This document shows positions 27,069 to 39,260 of a DNA stretch of 64,000 nt, one piece after another. The notes below the pieces were generated by a model that was given only the letters and a program-made list of their open reading frames with translations, ran no database searches and had not been told where the DNA came from. Source of the stretch: Stegostoma tigrinum (taxonomy: Eukaryota); contig NC_081373.1 in NCBI RefSeq assembly GCF_030684315.1, positions 47,878,066 to 47,942,065 of the forward strand, read 5' to 3'. The position numbers and the translations under genes were made by a program. The first letter of the stretch is position 1; each line of letters opens with the position of its first letter.

Positions 27069-27899
27069 ATGCTTCCATTCAATAATAGGGATAAACTTCA
27101 ATAGAATAATTGATCATTTTCACATGGAACCTGCTTTAACTTTTTTTCTTGTCAACTCTAAACTGATAGAAATGCTTTGACTGAAAACAATGTTACCTGT
27201 ACAGAATCACATTGCTGGGATAAATTGCCAGTATGGTAATTCAGCAAAGATTAATTTACCATAACTTGGACATACTTATAATATTCTGTAGTACAAAATA
27301 TGTATGTAATTATGAATTGCTTGGACTGGAGAAGACAAACTTGTGAGACACAACTGACTTAAAAGCAGATAGAAATACAGTTTGACAGGAACCGACGTTC
27401 AAATTTTAAATATTAAATTTTTTTTTGACCAATCATTTAAAGCTTTGCTCAATGCTCCACAATTTTAGGACCATCAAAAGTTGCAAGTGAAACAGGCTAA
27501 AATGGTTAAACATTTTAGGTAAATATTTGCCCATGTCAAATCTTTCATGAAAAATGCCTCCAAAATGAAGACTTTGATGCAAATAATGTGGAGTTAATAA
27601 TGAGGCCAGAAATTATAATTTGGGGAAAAGAGGGGAATTCTTGAATTATAAGTTTTAAATTACATCATTAATATGTAAGGATTGGTAATGAAAGATGAAA
27701 ACAAAGTGAGACCTTAGCCTCATTAGTGTGAATGATGATGTTGTTGTCAAATTATTCAACTTTGCAGAAAAGTGAAATGGTGATGCTTCTATTGTCAAAT
27801 AGCTTGCCAAGATTTAATGTCCAGGTTCATTGGTGAGGAGTGGCCAGTTGGACAATAATGGACAGCTCAGACTCACTGAGCTACGTTTTAGCATTTGTT

Positions 27900-29753
27900 T
27901 TTTTTTGGAGTGGCCTCACCTGAAGAATAGTCAAAATATTATGCACCATATCCTACATTAGAATTTCACATAATATCACAGACAGAAAGAGAGAGCACAA
28001 GAATTCTGTGTAAGTTACGCATAAATCTGGTTAAAACTCGATTATCGTTGTGACTTTTTTTTGTTAAAATATTGCCATGATTTTAAAAAAATTTTGCCTT
28101 TTTTTTGTTAAATAGTCCAACTTTGCATAATTTATAACGTGACTTGCCATTTAATACATAAAAGCTGTATTTGTTGGTTAGTCAACACATCAATAACATC
28201 ATCCACTGGTGAAGGGAGAGAAATCCAGCTATCAGCTGTTAATCCAGAATCTGTCGAGATCTATTTTGAAATACATTAAATGAAATTGCAATCAGTTAAA
28301 TGAGTTTGCCTGTGCAAAGACATATGTCCTGAACACATTATTCTTAAACTGCAGCAAAGCCGTTATTCTGTTTAATTGTGGGGGATGTGATTTCATCACC
28401 AAAACGTCTGAGGAAAGCTTATTTTGTTTCTTTTGATCTCCCAACCACCAGGAGCAACGCGCCAGAAACACTCGCAGAGATTTTGGGAGATATCAGAATT
28501 ACCCAATGCAACAACCAGCTGGTAATTCATTAATTATTAAATCTCACCTGAATACTATCACAGGGGAAGTAGGATTCGAAAGATGTAACTATTTCAATGT
28601 ATGAAACTTGTCATTTTGGTTTTAAATCCGCTTTATGTAGCAAAAGTCAAGATGCATCAAAGCTCAAAACCAATTCTGTGTTTGTGAAAATGTTGAAAGG
28701 ATGTGCCATTTTTTATTCATTAAGAAGTATGCTACACTGAGGCTTGGAGGAACCTTGTTATCACCAGATTTGCTGAAATTTCACATTTCTAATTGCTGCA
28801 AATTAACTGATGTGCATGGACACCTATTCCCAAACTGAGAAACAATAATTTAATAGGCAGAAGAAAGGGCTGGGAAAAGTGGAGAGCTGTTCAATAAAAT
28901 ATTTTTGTTTCTAAGACAACAGCTGTGAAATTTGTTTATGGCAGTCGCATAAAACAGGCTTTCAGCATGATTTTTCAACATGCATGATCTTCTTTCTGCT
29001 GAAGTTCACACAATATTTTAAGCTCTTTTTGAAGACACATTTCGTAGTTTTGCTGTCATTTTTGCTCAGTCGATGTGAAGGATCTTGGCAATATTTTCCA
29101 AATCAATGTAAAATAAAAACTGGCACAGTGTACTTCAGCTCGCCGATTTGCTACAAGCCTGTCTCAAACTGCTGGCATAGACCAATTTTACCCCCAATAT
29201 ATTTAGCTGCTTCGATCAATTGCAGTACGCAATTGGGTTTGTCAGAATGAGGGCACAGTTTCAAATCAGTGAAATCTACAGGCATCTGCAAAAATGGATA
29301 AGAACACCATTACATTTAATGAAAAAGAACCAACTTACTTCAGAACCTCACAGAATGAACTTTTTAAAGTTTTACTTCAAAATGAATCCCAGGTAGGGCA
29401 AGTGTCAGTACTGAGTCTATTACTTATACTTCTATGAACAAGCAAATAATATCTTCCCTCTAACAATCTGTCATGCCTTATGAAAAGTTAGCAATATATT
29501 TTGTGAGGCTAATCAGCTAAATGATAACCACAGTCAGGCTGTGAAATTGCTGTCATATTAAGGGTCCTTTTTACATTTAAAGATTTTACCCATTTCTGCA
29601 AAAATCAGAATGTGGATGCTTGGTGAGCACATTGAATGAAAATCACATGAATCAAAATGTATGTTTAAGGTGAATAAATTGAAAATCATTGTTACTTTTC
29701 TACAGTACCCATAAAAAGTGAATTTTATCATTAGTAGCAATAAAAATTCTAAA
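27900..29753 (-). other. PCDH15: Probable PCDH15-CD3 3' UTR (distal end uncertain)
   Basis: AT-rich, nearly TE-free DNA directly after the stop; candidate minus-strand poly(A) signals AATAAA 28712-28717 and ATTAAA 28150-28155. Confidence 0.45.
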
Positions 29754-30329
29754 TCACAGTTTTGTCATTGGTATGTGAAGGTTATTCCAAGGTCCCATCC
29801 ACAGTTCTTCCTCATCTGATTGTGTCTGATCGCTGTGGGACTCAAATGACTCCTTAGCACCTTCACTGTCGACAGCTGATTCTTGGTTATCTGTGCTTTT
29901 CCCTCTCTCGTTCTTTGCCTTTACCGTGCTCAGTCTGGACAGGCAGCTGGCAGGCCCCATGCTGCAGGAGGCCATGGAGCTACTTGATGGTCTTGCATTG
30001 AGATTGTCATTGCTGCAAGAAGCTGTCGCATTGGCCAATGGATTGTTCAATGGGACCTTTTCTTCCTGTGTTGCTGCCAGTTTGTCTAGTTTCTTAAAAT
30101 GTTTTCCTACCCTCGCAGGCGAAGCTGCTTTCCCATTGGTCGGAGGGCAACTGCGTCTTGTTCTTACGATTGATCCATTTTGAGCAAAGTAGATATTACT
30201 GTTAATGTTGCTATGGTTATTTGGGTGCTTGATACGAATCCTTTGTGCTTCTGGTGCACTGTCCTCACCAGTTGAGCTGGTTTCATACTCACGATCCACA
30301 ATCAACTTCACTCGTTTATGGCGAGACCA
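29754..30329 (-). CDS. PCDH15: Protocadherin-15 terminal exon, CD3 cytoplasmic isoform (191 aa plus stop)
   Basis: Acceptor tcctcacacAG at 30330-30331, phase 0; WSRHKRVKLIVDREYETSSTGEDSAPE, NIYFAQNGSIVRTRR, SDEEELWMGPWNNLHIPMTKL* match recalled mammalian CD3 including the PDZ ligand. Confidence 0.96.
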   Translation of the reverse strand, partial: WSRHKRVKLIVDREYETSSTGEDSAPEAQRIRIKHPNNHSNINSNIYFAQNGSIVRTRRSCPPTNGKAASPARVGKHFKKLDKLAATQEEKVPLNNPLANATASCSNDNLNARPSSSSMASCSMGPASCLSRLSTVKAKNERGKSTDNQESAVDSEGAKESFESHSDQTQSDEEELWMGPWNNLHIPMTKL

Positions 30330-31223
30330 CTGTGTGAGGAGGAATAGAAATATTTTAGAAGGACTTGAGACATTATTCAGCTGAAATGTTAAAATATATT
30401 CTGAATTATATATTGGTTTCCTTGGATCAAAACTGGACCATATTGAAGAGTGTCCTCCTTTATCAAGAACAACATGTATTGACAAGCACAACACTTTGAA
30501 TGGAACAATGCCACAAAATGCATCAAGGAGGTAATTGGAAAATAGACATGAGGTCAGAGGGAGACAGATTGACAATGACTGATTGGATTCAAAGAGTGAA
30601 TTTGAAGGTGGATCTTGAAAGAAGTGTGAAGTAGCAAAGGGAAACCTTCAGAGTACAACCTAAGTTGTCACTATCAATGACGAAAGGAAGGAGAGAGACA
30701 GAGGAAGTCAGAGGTTGAGGAAAGTTGTTGAGTTGACGGACATTGGAGATGCAATTGACTGTAGATGGGGAAAAGGGCAAGATAAGAAGGACAGTTGATG
30801 GAAGCAACGTCACTAAAGTTTGATACCATAAGTGAACTTTGGAAAACTTCATGACTTCTAAAAAAGGTAATTTCACACAGCAATCTTAGAAAATCAACTG
30901 CATGCATGACGATAGGCATAGGTGTTCTGATAAATTTAAACATGCCAACACAACACAAAATGTTGAGTTCAGTGGAAGAATTGATCATATTGATCAATAT
31001 AAATTAAATAAATGCAACAAAAAATTGTTACTCAATACACTGATTCCAGAATAATCTGCTCAATCTTAGAGAAGCACCATATAACCACACAAGCAAAAGT
31101 CACAGCAAACATTTACAATCCAATTCTACTACTTTGCTGACTAAAAATAAACTCATTGGAAAAACAGCCATGGCAAATATCAAAACCACTCTTAGAAAAT
31201 GTTTTGAACACCTGTAGTTCCTT

Positions 31224-33113
31224 TTAAAACGATGTTCCTGATTCTGAGAGATCTTCACTCTCTTCTTGGAGAGCTCCTCCATCACTCCTGTTTTCATTAT
31301 ATTTGGAAGCTGTTCCTTTGCTTAAACTTTCACTCCCACTGGATGCAATGACTGTTTTATTATCTCCTGACTCAGAATAACTTAAGCTTTCCATTTGATC
31401 GGAAACAGCTGCACTTGTCAGACTATGGTTCATGCTACTTCTGCCACTAATGCTGGATTGTTCAGTACTCTCACTGGGACCCGATTGACTGGTATTACTT
31501 CCGGTGCTAACATTCTGGTCATCTGCCACCTGACTGATAGTGCTGATGCTTCGGCTAATACTTTCATTAGTATTTTGTTGACTGGCTGGTGACCTGGATA
31601 TTGTTCTGTCAGTCATACAACTAACTTCATCTTCACTGGCCTCACTTTCAACATCTTCATTCTCTATCTCAGAGATGATGCCTTGGTCTTCATCTGATTC
31701 TTCCTCAATGATATCCTCAGATCCACTGGCAAACGTTACTGATGTACTTACACTCGTTCCTCTTGTTGAAAACATTTCACGGGAACTACTGTTACTACTT
31801 CTTGTGGCAAATGTCCCTCTGCTTTTAATACTTTCTTGAATTGACAAGCTTGATTTTTCTCTAGGGCTGTTTTCATCTGCCGTTTTCTGACTGACCTCAC
31901 TATCTGACATCAAACTACTTTCTGTTGCTACTGACGTGCCCCTGCTTCCTGGGGACACTGTTTTGGAACTTGTTGCTTGTGTTGATATGCTGGATTCATC
32001 TGATACTTCAGCAAAACTATGTGACGCAGAATCAGTTTGAGATGATGTCCTTGACACAAAATCTTGACTTTCTGTACCAGACAATCTGATCTGTGAAGTT
32101 TGACCACTCTTAGAACTAGGCTTTTCAGAGGGTTCGCTTTTGGATTCTTTATCAGAACCAGACTCATCCTCTTTACCTTCCTCCGATTCTTCTTCCGCTG
32201 GTTCAGATTCTGTGACATCTTGTGTTGCATCTGATTCTTCATCATTTTCTTCATCTGAGTCCACAGTACTTTCATTTGTTTCATCTTGATCTAGCGTCAC
32301 TTTGAGATAGTCTTTACCTTCCATTTCTGAATGTTCAAGACTACTTACTGACAAATCATCTCCAGTCCTTTTAGAAGAATCACTTTTCTGCTGACGGTCA
32401 TTACTATCTTCTTCAGAAACATCGCTTTTTTCCTCATCACTCTCTGCTGTGACACTAATCGAGACTTTTGATTTTGTTTCTTCCTTTTCAGATATGCTAC
32501 TCGTCTGAGTCTTAGACTCATCTTCTTGTTCACTTTCAGCAACTGAAGTCTTACTGACGGAGCTTTCTGATTTTCGCCTGGGATGTAGCTGTTTAGAAAG
32601 CTTGATACTCTTCAACATTTTGCCCATTTTCTTTTTCTCTGTCGGCCTATCCATTGTTGACTTCTGAAAATAGTTCCCGTTAATGATCATACTTTCTGAG
32701 TCACCATTTTGCACACTATCTTGGCTTTCCACATGGTGCGCAGACACAGGTTTAGCATAACTAGAATCCTTGCCACTGCCCTTGACTTTCTGAAGTATCA
32801 TGGGAAATATTTTTGCTTTCTTCCATCGTGAGTGATATGAGATGGAAGGCTCCACAAGCTGCTTACTGCCTGCCTCTCCTTTTCTGGGATCTGTTGATAA
32901 TTTACTAATCTGCACCACACTCTTCAGCTTCCTCTTTCCTTCTTCACCCTGAACCTTTCCGGCTGCTTTTTTCTCTGCAATCTGTATGGTGCCTGTTTGT
33001 TCTGGGGCCCCACTTGAACCTAATGCCTCACCCCTTGATGTCCCTGCCTGAGCCTGATCTCCTCCTTCCTGCTTTCTGCCTTTCCTAATTGGACTTTTGC
33101 CTTGCTGTGTTCC
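31224..33113 (-). CDS. PCDH15: Protocadherin-15 terminal exon, CD2-type cytoplasmic isoform (629 aa plus stop, Ser/Glu-rich)
   Basis: Acceptor atttcAG at 33114-33115, phase 0, extends the 564-aa ORF by 65 codons; WKKAKIFPMILQKVKG and KDYLKVTLDQDETNESTVDSDEE match recalled mammalian CD2 blocks; ends GTSF*. Confidence 0.9.
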   Translation of the reverse strand, partial: GTQQGKSPIRKGRKQEGGDQAQAGTSRGEALGSSGAPEQTGTIQIAEKKAAGKVQGEEGKRKLKSVVQISKLSTDPRKGEAGSKQLVEPSISYHSRWKKAKIFPMILQKVKGSGKDSSYAKPVSAHHVESQDSVQNGDSESMIINGNYFQKSTMDRPTEKKKMGKMLKSIKLSKQLHPRRKSESSVSKTSVAESEQEDESKTQTSSISEKEETKSKVSISVTAESDEEKSDVSEEDSNDRQQKSDSSKRTGDDLSVSSLEHSEMEGKDYLKVTLDQDETNESTVDSDEENDEESDATQDVTESEPAEEESEEGKEDESGSDKESKSEPSEKPSSKSGQTSQIRLSGTESQDFVSRTSSQTDSASHSFAEVSDESSISTQATSSKTVSPGSRGTSVATESSLMSDSEVSQKTADENSPREKSSLSIQESIKSRGTFATRSSNSSSREMFSTRGTSVSTSVTFASGSEDIIEEESDEDQGIISEIENEDVESEASEDEVSCMTDRTISRSPASQQNTNESISRSISTISQVADDQNVSTGSNTSQSGPSESTEQSSISGRSSMNHSLTSAAVSDQMESLSYSESGDNKTVIASSGSESLSKGTASKYNENRSDGGALQEESEDLSESGTSF

Positions 33114-33509
33114 CTGAAATTATGAAAATGGGACTGGTATTAATCAAGTTATGCAGAATCATCATTGACAAACAAAACACTTCATTTTTAAGCATGACAT
33201 TCATTTCCATTGGTCATAGAAAGGAGGACTTACACTGCTATTACATCTTATATATCCTCATTAATTCCCAATGTTTTTTCTAGCCACTTAATTGCTTTTG
33301 AAGTGTCATCCCTGTTGTTATGTAGGTAAGCATGACTGCCAAATTGCAAAGTCCAATAAATAATTGCCTGTTCCATTTCATATTGGATGAGAGGTAAATA
33401 TTGGCTGTAACAGAGGGAAAGTTTCAATCTTCAAACATATTTATATCAAATGCAAATGCTTTTAAGGATAGAGAGGGCAAAACAAGACCTAATCCAAGTT
33501 TTACTTGTT

Positions 33510-34230
33510 CACAGGATGTGGTGTCACTGGCTAGGCTGGCAATTATTGCCAATCCCTAATTGCCCCTAAGAATATAGTGGTGTGCTCCATTCTTTAACCA
33601 CTGAGGTCCATGAGGTGCAGATACATCCACAGTGCTGTTAGGAAGAAAAATTCAACGTTTCGATCCAGTGACAGCAAAGGAATGGCTGTTGGAAGTCAGG
33701 CAGCTCGCTGGAGGGGAATGTTGGTGTTCTCATCTATCTGCTGCCTTTGTCCTTTGGTGGTAGAAGTTATGGGTGTGGACAGCACAGAAAGAGAGCGTTC
33801 AGTCCAACCAGTCCATGCTGAACATAATCTTTAAACTAAACTATTTCCATCTGCCTGCTCCTTCTCCTTTTATGTACTTATCCAAATATCTATTAAATGT
33901 CACAATTATACACACATCTGCCACTTCCTCAGGAAGTTCATTCCACACGTGACCACTCTCTGTGTAATAATTTGCCCCTCATGTCTTTTTTAAAATTCTC
34001 TTCTTTCACTTTAATAATGTGCTCAGTCTTGAAATCCCCCCTCCTAGGAAATAGACAACTACCATTAACACTATCCATACCTCTCATTATTTTAAAAACC
34101 TATATAAGGTCACCTCGCAACTTCCTAAGGTCCAGTGAAAGATGGCCCACCCTACGCAGCCTTTCTTTATAACTCAAACCTTTCATATCCGGCAACATCC
34201 TGGTAAATCTCTTCCAAACGCCCTCCAGCT
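33510..34230 (-). mobile_element. L2-type 3' fragment followed by CR1 3' fragment (intronic)
   Basis: ggatgtggtgtcactggctaggctggcaattattgccaatccctaattgccc; CR1 tail-region motifs tataaggtcacctcgcaac and ggcaacatcctggtaaatct. Confidence 0.6.
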
Positions 34231-34616
34231 GGATGGTCCATCGGAAAAGATTTGGTGTGTTGATTTGAACTGATATGGCTTATTGCCACAAAGCACAGAT
34301 TGAGTTATAGATTACAGGAATGAGTATATCATTACTGGCAGCACACATGAACATATTGAAGAAATTAAATAGTTAAAAGAAATGCAGTGTAAAACATTTC
34401 CTGTAAATGCTTAGTATTTTTCACCGACAGGAGGAAAAAGGAGAGAGGCCATGGGTAATATGTGTTAACATGTTAGCCAGTGATGTGCTTCTACCCTTTC
34501 ATCTCAAATCGGATGGTGGGGATAAAACTTCATGACTCTAATGGCTAAAAGAACTTAAAATTTAATACTGCCTGACATGCAGAAAGTCAGACAGGAAATA
34601 AAATTCCATGGATCCG

Positions 34617-35110
34617 TAGAATCCCAACAGTATAGAAACAGGCCCTTTGGCTCAACAGGTCCACAGCAACTCTCAGAGCATCCTGCCCAGACCCAGCCCT
34701 CTGTAACCCACCTTGAACACTATGGGCAATTTAGCCTGGCCAATCCACCAGCCTGCACATCTTTGGATTGTGGGAAGAAACCAGAGTACACCCACGCTGA
34801 CAGCGACCAAACTCCACTCAGACAGTTGGCCAAGGGTGGAATCGAACCAAGGCCCCTGGCACTGTGAGGCAGCAGTGCTAACCACTGAGCCACCGTGCCA
34901 CAAGAATACCACACAGTTGCCCAAGGCTGGAGTTGAACCCAGGTCTCTGGCATTGTGAGACGACAATATTAACCACAGTGCTGCCGTGTCATCCAAACCA
35001 GGGGATGATCACAGAATCCCTACAGTGTGAAAACTGACCATCACGTCCAAACTGACTCTCCTAGGAGTATCCCACCCAGACCGACCTCCTTACTCTATCC
35101 CTAAAACCCT
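34617..35110 (-). mobile_element. HE1-type SINE with a second tandem tRNA head (34908-34991) and an extra tail fragment
   Basis: Two successive cagttg(g)cccaagg.tggartygaacc...ctggca.tgtgag head units. Confidence 0.75.
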
Positions 35111-36543
35111 CATACATTTGTGCTTATAGAAGGAAGTACAGAAATAAGGAAAATGTGAGGAAAACAAGCGATTGGTGTTAAAGGTGCAGCTACATGTGGC
35201 TGACATCTAGAAAGTTTGCAACAAGCTGAGACAATAAATTGCCTACTGAAATAAATTTATTTTATATTGTTAATGGCAAAACTGGGCAGAATTTCCAGCG
35301 AGTGGCAATTTCATGCTGACTGCCATTCCAGTCTTTTTGTTTTTATGAAGAAGGGTCCTCAAACCCAAAAGCTCTACTACCAAGGGTCACAGACAAGGGC
35401 TAGGCAATTTACAATTGAGATGAGGAGAAATTTCATCACCTAGGAGAGTGGCAAGTTTGTGGGATTCTCTGCTACAGAAAGCAGTTGAAGCCAAAACATT
35501 GAATGTTTTCAAGAAGCAGTTAGATATAGTTCTTAGGGTTAAAGGGATAAAAGGGTTTGGGAGAAAGCAGGAACAGCAGGCTGAGATGGGTGATCAGCCA
35601 TGTTCATATTGAATGGCCTACTCCAGCTCCTACACTTCAGATGTTTTGTAAGAGATGATTGGTATGAAAATTCGTGTTCTACTTTCCTGCTGAAAACAGT
35701 GTGAATGTATTCTATCCTGCTATGTTTATTGCCTAGAAGAACAAAGGTTCCTGGGAACACCATCACCTGCAAATTTCCCATCAACTTTGAGAGTTGGAAC
35801 TATATCATTCCAACTTCATGGTTGCTCTATCAAACTCCTGGTCCTTCCTCCCTAACAACACTATGGGTGTACCTACACCAGATGAATGGCAGCAGTTCAG
35901 GAAAGTAGCAACTCGGGAGGGGGAACAAATATTGGCTTTGTCAGGGAAGCTCATGCCCGATGAGAAAATTAGACAATGGAAGCTAGTCTCCATTTATAAG
36001 GTCATGCGTGATCCAGATAGTATTTCACAACAATCCAGAAACTTCCATAACCCTTTCATGGTGCCAGACTGCAGATTGCATGAATTGATTCTGTTTTGTA
36101 ACTTTTCAAAATGGGATATTAATTCCCCCGAATTCTTAATCTTAATCTGAACCACTTTGACCTAGATGCTGAGGTGGCTCGCAAGGTTTCATGGATTTAT
36201 CAGATTCTTTTACTCCTATTTTATCCATCAATAAGATGGATTAAAATAAATGAACTACACTTTGGATATTTTGTAACAGATGATTTCAGAATTAAATTCG
36301 CGTTCTACTTTAATGCTGAAAACAATACGAATGTATATGTCAAGAAGGTATGGAAAATACCAACTCCTACATTATACCTTATGACAAAAAATACTGCTCT
36401 TCCTATTTTGAGTTAGACAGTAAAACAAACCTTTGACGCCATGTCTTTCAAAATACTTTATATTTTCCGTTCAAAATATTTTATTCCATGAAAATTAGTA
36501 TGTAAAAATCAAAATGAAAGACGTATCTTCTGCATATATCTAC

Positions 36544-36679
36544 CTCGGCATCTGCATTTGATCCCTGTGGGCTGTAATAATAGCCACCATCATCTTCCAT
36601 GACCACCTCTCCATAGTCATCATACATTCCAGAGGGAGAGATTAATCTTCGGCGACTGCCATACTGCGGGACCTCGTAC
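36544..36679 (-). CDS. PCDH15: PCDH15 exon shared by CD2 and CD3 (136 nt, phase 2 to 0)
   Basis: ccaattctAG|G TAC GAG...GCC GAG|GTagat; YEVPQYGSRRRLISPSGMYDDYGEV matches recalled mammalian YEMPQYGSRRRLLPPAGQEEYGEV. Confidence 0.94.
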
Positions 36680-37057
36680 CTAGAATTGGGGTCAGAAATC
36701 GATGCATTACTATCTCTTGTTTGAGACAAAAAAAAATCCACGAGATATTTAAACTCTCTTTCCAGTCAGCTCACTTATCAACAAAAGTTGGCAGATGCAA
36801 TCAATCTAACTCTGCGTAGGTTAGGGCTTATTTAAGTTTGGAACGGTTGTCGGTGCTCATGGCAAAGCTATTTTCAATAAAGCTTACTGCAAACTCAGAG
36901 TTGCTTTTTCATGTGAGAGGCATCATTGCTCAAGAAGTAAAAGTGCACAATTAAAGATCACATTATCTAACTTGAATTTTTGTACAACTTCTGAATAAAA
37001 CATTGTAAAGCATGCCTGTAGTAGGGTCCAATAACCAATTTCCATCATGTTAATACT

Positions 37058-37253
37058 GTGTGAAGCTGGATAAACACAGCAGGCCAAGCAGCATCAGAGG
37101 AGCAGGAAAGTTTGACATTTTGGGTCAAGACCTTTTTTTCTGAAGAAGAGTCTCGACCCGAAAAATCAAAATTTCCTGCTCGGCCTGCTGTGTTCATCCA
37201 GTTTCACATCATATTATCTCAGATTCTCCAGCATCAACCGTTCCTACTGTTAC
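37058..37253. mobile_element. Palindromic mini Penelope-derived insertion with degenerate 17-bp TSD
   Basis: tccatcatgttaatact (37041-37057) versus tccaccatgtaaatact (37254-37270); inverted arms; CTGAAGA...GAAA at about 37140-37163. Confidence 0.75.
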
Positions 37254-37949
37254 TCCACCATGTAAATACTTAGCAGCAAAGATTTAATAACACAGACAAA
37301 AAATATAGGAATACAGCAGTATAACAAAATATTTTGTAATCTTAGATAAGATTGAGCATATTTAAGTCATCTTTAACTTTTGTACAGAACAACAATAGCT
37401 GATATTCATAAAAAGGAATAGTAACAAATAATATCAGAGCTTTGCCAAACTATATTTAAATGGTCTAGCTGTTGTAGAAAGACATCCCTCAGTATTAATT
37501 GACAGGGCGTTTGCGATCAAAGTGTCTTGGTTAAATAAACCAAAGCCAAATTCAACAATTTTCCCAGTTTTTACTTATTGACAGGATTCAACCTTAGGTA
37601 TATAATCACAACTAAATTGTGGAAATGTTCCACCTTATGAACATTTTAACTTTTAATTCCTGTATGATACATTATTTAAACTTTACCAGTTATATCACGT
37701 TGAATCAAATAAATCATTGGCTTGAACCTTACTTTTTTTTTGGCTAAGGCTGAGTTGTGTGAACTTTTTGATAGGGTTCGTTTCACTGTGATGCCAAGCA
37801 AATTCTCTCGTCCTAGCTTGCCAAACTTGCCTCATTAAGTTACCAACCACACCCCATGGTATCTCTCACTTTCAATTTCTGCTCCATCTTTCCTTCCTAG
37901 AAGAACTGACCACTCCACCAGCGTCCTTTGCATTTGCAAGACATTTTAA

Positions 37950-39260
37950 AGCCCGTTGTGGAGCTGGTCAAACTTCAGCCCAAAGCTGCCCTGCACAATT
38001 GTTGACATTTGCCCTGGACATGGCAGAGGGGGAAATTTTATGTTTGTTTTGTGTGAAGGGATCTGCAGTCCCTGTTGGACAAGCTTTTTATTCAGACGGG
38101 ACTTCCTCTTCCTCCAGGATCTGTAGGGCAGGCCACAACACCAGAACATACCAACTTGGTCTGAGGTTGCCATTAGATTCAAACAGTTTCAGCTGTCTGG
38201 AGGGTTGGCCACCACTGCAGGAAGAAGGTCAATCTCCTTCTCCACTGTGCCAGTGTAAGGTCCATGACCTTCTCTCTGATACTCCACAATTATTCCATCT
38301 CTGGTACTGTAGCCATCTCCAACCAAGGCTCATCCCCACCAGCCTGCAACTTTTTGCCATTTGCTGCCACCCATTCCAACCCCCAACACGACTAATCCTG
38401 TCTGCTCTCCGTGCTCCCTATTCACTCCATCAGAACACTTCCCCACTTGCAGTCACAGCAATAGCTGTGCTGCCCATTTACATCTCCCCAGTAGCTGCCT
38501 CTCTTTTATTCCAGGAGGGAGGCAGCCTGGAATTAGGCAGAAGGCTCGAAGCAGCTGGTGGGCTGCCCCATATTTGGGAGAGGGTCCTGACTCTGATTGC
38601 ACCAAGCAGGGCCTGGTCTGGTATCGGAGGCTACCCTTGACTTGACTGACGATTCCTGACAGCCGAGAGAGCATCCCAGCTTTGTGTCTTTGCTAAATAG
38701 CATGGCAACATAACAGTAATGTGATCCTGGTGTTGCCAGCTGAGGGGACAAAGTGACACAAAGGCAAGGCAAGGTAATGCAAGGAGGGAATGCTGTGAGC
38801 ATGCAGGCAGGGTGCTACTATAGCAAGTGAACTTGATGGGATACAACCTGGTCCAGTTTATGGGCTGGGTGCGTGTCCCTGGGAGCCCAGTGTCCTTGCT
38901 GCAACATTACAGTGATATTGTCAGCGCGGCCTGAGTCACAGCATTGAAGTGCAGAAGGTACCTGTAAATGGGCTGGAGATGTAGCATATGGGTTATTGGA
39001 GGCGGGCACATGTCAGATGCCAAAGTCCTTGGATGTGGAATGTGAATGGCTGGTATTCATGTAGAACGCCCGGAGATGTTGGCACTCAGTGCCCAACATT
39101 GAGTTCATTTAGAGCTAGCAGTGAGCTGAATCAGCAAGTTTCCTGCACTTGCTTCCATGACAAGTTTACTGATCCCTAGCTTCTTTGCCAAACGTTGGTA
39201 AGATGAGAATCTGAATGCCAATGAGGCACGTTGTGGTGTTAAACAAATGGTTAACCAGCA
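37950..39260 (-). mobile_element. Probable decayed Harbinger-associated (Myb/SANT partner) region
   Basis: GC-richer island with overlapping nonsense ORFs; minus-strand tggaagcaagtgcaggaaac resembles a frameshifted WKQCRK; weak. Confidence 0.35.

Noticed and set aside
30330-30575. N-terminal 82 aa of the 273-aa ORF (MSICLPL...)
   Set aside because: Intronic read-through; similarity to CD3 begins exactly at the AG acceptor at 30330-30331
36481-36741. 86-aa ORF as a standalone gene
   Set aside because: Only 36544-36679 is exonic; the flanks are intron
37999-38640. 213-aa ORF
   Set aside because: No recognisable domain, non-ATG start, overlapping ORFs on both strands in a GC-richer decayed repeat
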